Of a DNA stretch of 24,000 nt, positions 8,405 to 14,503 are shown piece after piece (position 1 is the stretch's first letter; the number at the start of each line of letters is the position of its first letter). The DNA comes from Acaryochloris marina MBIC11017 (lineage in GTDB: Bacteria; Cyanobacteriota; Cyanobacteriia; Thermosynechococcales; Thermosynechococcaceae), in contig NC_009925.1 of NCBI RefSeq assembly GCF_000018105.1, positions 5,125,015 through 5,149,014 of the forward strand, read 5' to 3'. A model generated the notes under the pieces. It was not told where the DNA came from and searched no databases. It saw nothing but the letters and a program-made list of their open reading frames with translations. A program made the translations under genes and the position numbers.

Positions 8405-9562
8405 TTAGCGACTCATTTGGGGGGAAGGAATGTACTTTTCGATGGCGTTGAGTAATGTCTCTTTTTCAACGGGTTTGGTTAAATAGTGGGTTGATCCCGC
8501 CATTTGTCCCTTTACCTTATTTAAAAGGCCGTCTTTGGCCGTCAGCATAATTACAGGTAGGTTTTGGAACTGTGGGATAGATCTCACCGTGCGACAGAGT
8601 TCAAAACCATCAACATCAGGCATCGTGACGTCTAACAGCAACAGCTCCACTGAATTTGAATTGTTGTTCAGCACCTGTAGGGCATCTATCGCACTATTGG
8701 CGGTCAAGACTTTATAGTGATCTCCGATGGCCCGTTTAATCATGGTTTGGACAACGAGGCTGTCGTCCACACTTAATATTACTGGCAAGCCTTTTTGTTC
8801 TGTTGTCGATGGTTGAGCCGTAATTTTAGGCTGAGCTCCCGTGAAGGTTATCCACCCTAGCTTGTGCCAACGGAGATAAAGCTGTCCCAATGCCAACGGG
8901 TCTTGCTTCATTTCAGATGCAATTTGCAACAAAGATCTCTGACCGTCTATCCATGTCTGTAAATGTTTCTGTGCATGAGCATCATCAACTGCATGATTTT
9001 TGTTGATTTGGATGGGATGGGGAATGGCATCAATGGACGGAATATCCGGTTCAAGGTCAGTCCAGGCCTGTTGACGCTTCACTAATGTTGCTTGCAGTTG
9101 TTGCCAATCTAGTCCATGCCGATCTTCTCCATAACAAAGATCAAACTCTGCTTGAGCATTGGTTACCAGTCGGCCTTCATAAGGTAAAAGCTGGTCTAAC
9201 CTCAAGACCGTTTGGTTAAATATCAATTTCTCGATCTGCTCCCAGGTAAAGAGATTGATGCGAGTATAAATAGATAAATAAGAATGAATGGAGGTTGGAT
9301 CCTTTACCTTTTTCTCTGCCATTTTGATGGCAGCATTGATAATTTTCAGATTCAACAGTTTCCCAATTTCTTGTGAGAAGTCTATGGGATTAGGCAAGTC
9401 ATTACCGATATAAGTAATCGCTCCTTCTTTGAAGAAAGCGACTTGTGAGCGGACTATATTTTGGGTATTGATAGAAACATCAATATAGGCGGCTCCACTA
9501 AAAGCGTCTTGTCGGAGTTCTTCTAAAGATTGCTGTAATTGTCCAGCTTGGAACTGAAGCAT
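8405..9562 (-). CDS. PatA-type response regulator (N-terminal PATAN domain + C-terminal REC), paralog 1
   Basis: 385-aa ORF. The C-terminal REC has SVDDS, LLLLDVTMPDVDG, MLTAK and YLTKP. The ~260-aa N-terminal region has the architecture of PatA/PixG/PilG(Tax)-type regulators. First gene upstream of CheW, as in cyanobacterial Tax/Pix loci. Confidence 0.85.
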   Translation of the reverse strand: MLQFQAGQLQQSLEELRQDAFSGAAYIDVSINTQNIVRSQVAFFKEGAITYIGNDLPNPIDFSQEIGKLLNLKIINAAIKMAEKKVKDPTSIHSYLSIYTRINLFTWEQIEKLIFNQTVLRLDQLLPYEGRLVTNAQAEFDLCYGEDRHGLDWQQLQATLVKRQQAWTDLEPDIPSIDAIPHPIQINKNHAVDDAHAQKHLQTWIDGQRSLLQIASEMKQDPLALGQLYLRWHKLGWITFTGAQPKITAQPSTTEQKGLPVILSVDDSLVVQTMIKRAIGDHYKVLTANSAIDALQVLNNNSNSVELLLLDVTMPDVDGFELCRTVRSIPQFQNLPVIMLTAKDGLLNKVKGQMAGSTHYLTKPVEKETLLNAIEKYIPSPQMSR

Positions 9563-9818
9563 TATTGACCATCCAGATGAAGCATCATTTTTTCTTTTTA
9601 TACAGGAGAAAAAAACAATCCCAGTATTCTAGTGCCGCGATAAAAAAGCTCAGGTATATAGAGTCCTATAGAGCCTTCTTGTTGAGCGACATCAACTTAT
9701 ACTTAACCGTTGATAATCGCAATCATATACCTGGGTTGCTGTCTAATGTCATGCTTGACATCCTTTGGCGCAAAAAGGGATCTATCTCCTTAGCATGCCC
9801 AACAGTTAGGGGATTCTT

Positions 9819-9844
9819 TTAATTTTTCCTTAAGGAAAAATTAA
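9819..9844. repeat. perfect 26-bp AT-rich palindrome TTAATTTTTCCTTAAGGAAAAATTAA (possible operator; function unknown)
   Basis: Checked base by base: positions 9819-9831 are the exact reverse complement of 9832-9844. It lies in the 363-bp gap between the two PATAN-REC genes, 82 bp after the stop of paralog 2 and about 270 bp before the start of paralog 1. The confidence value refers to the palindrome existing, not to a function. Confidence 0.9.
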
Positions 9845-9925
9845 TTTCTTGTTATGAGTGTTTCAATTGGCTGAAATCTCCTTATGGTCAGGCTTTAGGG
9901 CTGGGTGGGGGATCATAACCAGCGG

Positions 9926-11092
9926 TTAATGAAGTCTCCAACTCATCACTTTACTGGACGGCAGGTTCTTTTCTATTACATTGAGTAACTTTTCTTTTCT
10001 GACAGGTTTGGTTAGATAGTGGGTTGATCCAGCCATCTGGCCCTTAACCTTATCAATCAATCCGTCCTTGGCCGTCAGCATAATCACCGGCAAATCTCTG
10101 AACTTAGAAATGCCTCGAACCGTTTTACAGAACTCGATGCCATCGATATCGGGCATTGTCACATCCAATAGCATCAACTCTATGGGATAGCGATTTAGAA
10201 GATTGAGAGCTTCAACAGCGTTACTAGCGGTCAAGAACCGATAGTATTCACATAACGTTCGTTTAAGCATGGTTTGGACAACGACGCTATCATCCACGCT
10301 CAAAATTAAGGGTAAGCTCTGTTGAGCAGTTGTAATGGGGTTTCCGCCTAAATATGGGAGCTGATCACCAGCGAAGATTACCCAATTCATCTTTTGCCAA
10401 TGTAAATAAAGATGGCCCAATTCCAGTGGATCACGCTGTAACCCCTCGGCAATATCCAGTAAGGATCGGTTGCCATCAATCCATATTGTCAGATGCTGTC
10501 TAGCATACTCATCCTCTACCGCTTCATAATTCCCTTGCACAATGGGCTGAGGGATCGCGTCCATAGACGGGATTGCAGGAGTCAGAGAGGCCCATGCTTG
10601 TTGGCGCTGGGTTAAGGACAAACAGAGCTGCTGCCAATCAAAACCGTGGCCATCCTCACCATAGGCCAGATCAAACTCAACGGTCTCTTCCGTTCTCAGG
10701 GTACCGGCATAGGACCAGAGTTGATCGAGATGAAATACCACTTGCGATCGCATCACCTTTTCCAAGGCGTCCCAGCCAAACAGATCGAGGCGAAAGTAAA
10801 TGGCTAAGTAAGCCAGAATTGAAGTGGAATCTTTGGCCCTTTTTTCTGCTAACAGCATGGCCGCCTTCATGACTTTAAGCTTCAGCTTTTCGCCAACCAG
10901 TTGGGAAAACTCAAGAGGCGTAGGTAAGGTTTTACCTGCGTAGGTAATTGCCCCTTTATGAAAGGCAATAACCCGTGATCTGACTTTGTCCTGTTGGCCA
11001 AGGGCTGCATTGATATAGACGACACCTGAGAACTCTTCCTGGTGTAGTTGGCCTAGCGTTTTCTGTAATTTTCCTGCCTCGAACTTAAGCAT
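9926..11092 (-). CDS. PatA-type response regulator (PATAN + REC), paralog 2
   Basis: The track ORF runs 9926..11122. I place the start at the second ATG (11092, MLKFEAGKL...) for two reasons: it is preceded by GGAGG (gggaggaatgaaATG on the minus strand), and it aligns with the N-terminus of paralog 1 (MLQFQAGQL...). REC motifs are SVDDS, MLLDVTMPDIDG, MLTAK and YLTKP. Homologous to paralog 1 over its full length. Confidence 0.85.
   Translation of the reverse strand: MLKFEAGKLQKTLGQLHQEEFSGVVYINAALGQQDKVRSRVIAFHKGAITYAGKTLPTPLEFSQLVGEKLKLKVMKAAMLLAEKRAKDSTSILAYLAIYFRLDLFGWDALEKVMRSQVVFHLDQLWSYAGTLRTEETVEFDLAYGEDGHGFDWQQLCLSLTQRQQAWASLTPAIPSMDAIPQPIVQGNYEAVEDEYARQHLTIWIDGNRSLLDIAEGLQRDPLELGHLYLHWQKMNWVIFAGDQLPYLGGNPITTAQQSLPLILSVDDSVVVQTMLKRTLCEYYRFLTASNAVEALNLLNRYPIELMLLDVTMPDIDGIEFCKTVRGISKFRDLPVIMLTAKDGLIDKVKGQMAGSTHYLTKPVRKEKLLNVIEKNLPSSKVMSWRLH
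10744..10751. repeat. HIP1 octamer GCGATCGC
   Basis: Exact match read in the sequence. Confidence 0.95.
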
Positions 11093-11392
11093 TTCATTCC
11101 TCCCCCAAGAGAAAAGTGCCAACTTTAGAAGTCTGTAAAGGGCGACTTTTGAATACTCAGCTTACTAGTTAAAAATCTAGATAAAGCCCACCCTTAAAAA
11201 GAGTTGAATCTAGAATAGACGGATATTTTTAAATTCGCTGTTGTTAGTGGCACTGTGCACTTTTAAATTAGTTTGCCCATTTGAAAGGCGGATTGTTGCA
11301 GGAGGATTTGGGAAGAAAATAATGCTCAAGAAAATAAATTCAGACACTAAAAAAGTTAAGTTCTGATTGAAAGAAAAATCCTTAAAATCATC

Positions 11393-11435
11393 ATTGATTT
11401 TGTATCGGATGTAACTAAATTATTGAATTTTGTAT
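11393..11435 (+). repeat. two copies of ATTGA(A)TTTTGTAT spaced 29 bp start-to-start in the divergent control region
   Basis: ATTGATTTTGTAT at 11393-11405 and ATTGAATTTTGTAT at 11422-11435. The background is AT-rich, so a chance match is possible. Confidence 0.4.
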
Positions 11436-11445
11436 AAAATAATAC
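11432..11445. promoter_or_regulatory. GTA-N8-TAC motif (NtcA-type consensus) with TAAACT 20 nt downstream
   Basis: GTATAAAATAATAC matches the palindromic NtcA core GTAN8TAC. TAAACT (11466-11471) fits TAN3T at about the class-II spacing toward arsM. It is a single match in roughly 600 bp of AT-rich DNA, so it may well be fortuitous. Confidence 0.2.
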
Positions 11446-11569
11446 GGTTTTTATTCATGGCTTATTAAACTCGGCAGTCTCTTGCAGAAGGCTCAGAATT
11501 TTATCTATAGATTGGGAAACTCTCAGGGAAAACTCATACCGCTTCGTTTTAATGAGTCTGTAAGTTAAG

Positions 11570-11581
11570 GGGGCTAGCCCC
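11570..11581. repeat. GC-rich 12-bp palindrome GGGGCTAGCCCC in the arsM upstream region
   Basis: Perfect palindrome followed by TCAGTCCCTTTGTTT. It could form a 4-5 bp GC stem with a CUAG loop. It is too short to call a terminator or attenuator with confidence. Confidence 0.5.
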
Positions 11582-11686
11582 TCAGTCCCTTTGTTTAATG
11601 AGCAATACGCGCTTTCGACCCATACTCAAATCCTCTCGATTGATGTCTTGAAGCTGCAAAAAATAAACAAACATGGCATAGTGCCC

Positions 11687-11702
11687 ATGAATGACCATTC
11701 AT
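11687..11702. promoter_or_regulatory. 7-2-7 inverted repeat ATGAATG-AC-CATTCAT, candidate ArsR/SmtB-type operator upstream of arsM
   Basis: Exact 7-bp arms, verified position by position. The core TGAA-N6-TTCA matches my recollection of the TGAA..TTCA core of 12-2-12 ArsR/SmtB operators. It sits 23 nt upstream of the arsM ATG (11725) and overlaps a second imperfect repeat, CATGGCA-TAG-TGCCCATG (11672-11689). Confidence 0.35.
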
Positions 11703-11724
11703 TACAAATCCATCGTTGACCAAT

Positions 11725-12693
11725 ATGACGTATTTAGAATCCGCAGCAAAGTTTTACAGTCAAGTCGCTGAAACCCCAGAAGTGGGCTTATGTTGTGTCC
11801 AAAGTACTCCTTTGCAACTGCCGGGCCTGGTGGTGCCTCCGCAAATGCAGGAAATGAACTATGGATGTGGTACAACCGTTCATCCGACAGAATTATCGGG
11901 TAACCCTACGGTGCTGTATGTTGGCGTGGGCGGTGGCTTGGAAGCCCTGCAATTTTCCTACTTCTCCCGTCGCCCCGGCGCTGTGGTTGCAGTAGATCCA
12001 GTGGATGAAATGCGCAAAGCGGCTGCCCGCAACCTGGAAATTGCCGCCAAAGAAAATGAGTGGTTCGATACCAGCTTTGTCACGATTAAAGAAGGCGACG
12101 CCTTTGCCCTACCCGTCCCTGATAACTCCGTGGATGTTGTCGCTCAAAACTGCCTCTTCAATATTTTTGAGCCAGAAGATCTGTCTCGAGCCCTACACGA
12201 AACCTATCGCGTCCTCAAGCCTGGTGGTCGCTTGGTCATGAGTGACCCCATTTCCACTCGCCCCATTCCAGAGCATCTCCAGCAGGATGATCGGTTAAGA
12301 GCCATGTGTTTGTCTGGTGCCTTAACCTACGAACAATATGTTCAGCGCATTATCCATGCTGGCTTTGGACAAGTCGAAATTCGTGCCCGTCGCCCCTATC
12401 GCCTGCTCGATCAGGAAAACTACAAGCTAGATCAGCATTTGCTATTAGAGAGCTTAGACTCCGTTTCCTTTAAGGTAGATATTGCCGATGATGGGGCTTG
12501 TGTGTTTACGGGCAAGATGGCGGTTTATACCGGACCTGAAGAGTATTTTGATGACAAGGCTGGTCACATTTTGAGTTTAGGCATTCCCCTCGCCGTGTGT
12601 GACAAGACGGCAGCCAAACTCGCCAAAGCCCATCCCCAAGCAATTATGATCACCGACTCAACTTGGTACTACGACGGTGGAGGATGTTGCTAA
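11725..12693 (+). CDS. arsM: arsenite S-adenosylmethionine methyltransferase ArsM
   Basis: SAM motif I (VLYVGVGGGLE). The ArsM-type conserved cysteines are in their expected context: GLCCVQ, NYGCGT, VAQNCLFNIF and RAMCLSGAL. Further ArsM-like motifs are PDNSVDVV and RVLKPGGRLVMSD. The track starts at TTG 11716; I prefer ATG 11725. The protein ends in a vicinal Cys pair (GGGCC). Confidence 0.85.
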   Translation: MTYLESAAKFYSQVAETPEVGLCCVQSTPLQLPGLVVPPQMQEMNYGCGTTVHPTELSGNPTVLYVGVGGGLEALQFSYFSRRPGAVVAVDPVDEMRKAAARNLEIAAKENEWFDTSFVTIKEGDAFALPVPDNSVDVVAQNCLFNIFEPEDLSRALHETYRVLKPGGRLVMSDPISTRPIPEHLQQDDRLRAMCLSGALTYEQYVQRIIHAGFGQVEIRARRPYRLLDQENYKLDQHLLLESLDSVSFKVDIADDGACVFTGKMAVYTGPEEYFDDKAGHILSLGIPLAVCDKTAAKLAKAHPQAIMITDSTWYYDGGGCC

Positions 12694-12726
12694 ACGACGC
12701 CGTTTGTTGTTGTGGATCGAGCTGTT

Positions 12727-13722
12727 ATGACTGTATCAACTAACTCAACCCTCACCCCGTTTGCCCAAAAGCTGGTTGCCCCCCTGACGAAGCAGACAAT
12801 TTCAGTGCTGCAAATTAATTTAGGGCGACGGTGCAACTTAGCCTGTAGCCACTGCCATGTCGAGGCTAGCCCTAAGCGGACAGAAGAGCTATCCCCAGAG
12901 ATCTGTGAGCAGTTGGTTGAATTGATTCATCGATTCCCTCAGATTGAAACCGTAGACTTAACGGGGGGTGCCCCGGAGATGAATTACGGCTTTCGTCCCC
13001 TAGTAGAGGCGGCTCGCTCCCACAACAAAGAAGTCATTGTCCGTTCAAATTTAACCATTTACTTTGAGCCGGGTTTTGAAGATTTACCGGACTATTTTGC
13101 TCAGCATCAACTACGAGTGGTGGCTTCCTTGCCCTGTTATCTGGAGCAAAATGTAGACAAAATGCGGGGTGATGGCGTTTTTGACAACTCAATCAAAGCG
13201 CTGCAGCGGTTGAATCAGTTGGGCTATGGCTCCGATTCGAACTTAACGCTGAACCTAGTGTATAACCCTCAGGTGCCGACTACCCTGGACTTTGCCCTAG
13301 CGCCAGATCAGCAGCCCTTAGAACTGGCCTATAAACAACATTTAGGGGAGCAGTTTGGGATTACGTTTAACCATCTGTTTGCGATTACCAATCTCCCCAT
13401 CGGCCGCACCAAGTTTCATCTGGAACACCGTCAGCTTCATCAGCCCTATCTGCAGTTTTTGGAAGGTCACTTTAATGACTCGACCGTTGAGCATTTAATG
13501 TGCCGCAATGAGCTATCCGTGGACTATCTGGGCAATATCTATGACTGCGATTTTAACCAAATGGAAGAGATCCCTGCCACGACCCCTAAGGGGGAACGAT
13601 TAACGGTGAAGAAGCTATTGGATGCTGGCAGTCTCGATGTAATTGAGGACGTGAAAACAGCGCCCTATTGCTATGGCTGCACCGCTGGGAGTGGTTCGAG
13701 CTGCGGCGGTTCTTTGTTATGA
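12727..13722 (+). CDS. arsS: arsenosugar-biosynthesis radical SAM protein ArsS (radical SAM / Cys-rich family)
   Basis: Radical SAM cluster motif CNLACSHC. The C-terminal Cys-rich tail is characteristic of the family (CRNELSVDYLGNIYDCDFN ... APYCYGCTAGSGSSCGG). It lies immediately downstream of arsM, as in Synechocystis. The track starts at GTG 12712; ATG 12727 is preferred. Confidence 0.85.
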   Translation: MTVSTNSTLTPFAQKLVAPLTKQTISVLQINLGRRCNLACSHCHVEASPKRTEELSPEICEQLVELIHRFPQIETVDLTGGAPEMNYGFRPLVEAARSHNKEVIVRSNLTIYFEPGFEDLPDYFAQHQLRVVASLPCYLEQNVDKMRGDGVFDNSIKALQRLNQLGYGSDSNLTLNLVYNPQVPTTLDFALAPDQQPLELAYKQHLGEQFGITFNHLFAITNLPIGRTKFHLEHRQLHQPYLQFLEGHFNDSTVEHLMCRNELSVDYLGNIYDCDFNQMEEIPATTPKGERLTVKKLLDAGSLDVIEDVKTAPYCYGCTAGSGSSCGGSLL

Positions 13723-13750
13723 CATCACACACATTTTTAAAGGTAAATCT

Positions 13751-14503
13751 ATGAATCTTCGTCGCTGGAAAAAAATTCAACCGATATTATTGGCCGCCTT
13801 TGCCTTTTTGGTGATTACGGCTTCACCCGCTTGGGCCGCAGATGGGGGTGGGTTTAACCCCCAACAGCTCTTGAAGGATGCTTTATTGTGGATCGAGAGT
13901 TTAGGTACTGTAGGTGCGATCGCATTTATCGGTATCTATATTGTTGCCACTGTGGCCTTTTTACCCGGCTCCGTTTTGACCTTAGGAGCTGGTGTTGTTT
14001 TCGGGGTGGTTCAAGGCTCTTTTTTGGTCTTTATTGGCGCTACCATCGGTGCGACTCTCGCATTCCTCGTGGGCCGATATGCGGCTCGGGGTTGGATCTC
14101 TAAAAAAATTGAAGGCAACGATAAATTCGCAGCCATTGATCGGGCTGTGGGCAAAGAAGGATTTAAGATTGTTCTGTTAACCCGATTGTCCCCCATCTTC
14201 CCCTTTAACCTCCTCAACTATGGCATGGGCGTTACGGGTGTCTCTCTTAGAGATTACTTCTTCGGCTCCGTGGGCATGATTCCCGGCACCATTATGTACG
14301 TCTATCTGGGATCTCTCGCGGGGAATATTGCTACCCTCGGCACAGGCGATCAACCTTCTAACCCCACCATTACCTGGGCCATCCGCATTATCGGTTTTGT
14401 GGCCACGGTTCTTGTGACCGTCTATGTGACGAAAGTGGCCCGCAAAGCCTTGGCAGAAGCAGTCCCTGAAACTGGTACTGCGGTTGAGCAAGAGCTAAGT
14501 TAA
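13751..14503 (+). CDS. TVP38/TMEM64 family (DedA superfamily) membrane protein, paralog A, with a signal-peptide-like N-terminus
   Basis: The family core is present (VATVAFLPGSVLTLGAGVVFG ... LAFLVGRY ... LLTRLSPIFPFNLLNYGMG) with multiple TM segments. The track start (13673) overlaps arsS by 50 nt. ATG 13751 (MNLRRWKK...) follows AAAGG and gives a hydrophobic leader ending SPAWA/AD. Confidence 0.8.
   Translation: MNLRRWKKIQPILLAAFAFLVITASPAWAADGGGFNPQQLLKDALLWIESLGTVGAIAFIGIYIVATVAFLPGSVLTLGAGVVFGVVQGSFLVFIGATIGATLAFLVGRYAARGWISKKIEGNDKFAAIDRAVGKEGFKIVLLTRLSPIFPFNLLNYGMGVTGVSLRDYFFGSVGMIPGTIMYVYLGSLAGNIATLGTGDQPSNPTITWAIRIIGFVATVLVTVYVTKVARKALAEAVPETGTAVEQELS
13916..13923. repeat. HIP1 octamer GCGATCGC
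   Basis: Exact match read in the sequence. Confidence 0.95.

Noticed and set aside
9565-9822. 85-aa plus-strand ORF in the spacer between the PATAN-REC genes.
   Set aside because: It starts at a non-ATG codon, lies in AT-rich DNA, has a Phe/Lys/Tyr/Leu-biased composition typical of translated AT-rich non-coding sequence, and shows no motif. Treated as intergenic.
13673-13750. The track start of the first TVP38 ORF at 13673, overlapping arsS by 50 nt.
   Set aside because: The overlapping part (MAAPLGVVRAAAVLCYDITHIFKGKS) is the arsS tail read out of frame. The internal ATG 13751 gives a normal signal-peptide-like N-terminus and a 28-nt gap.
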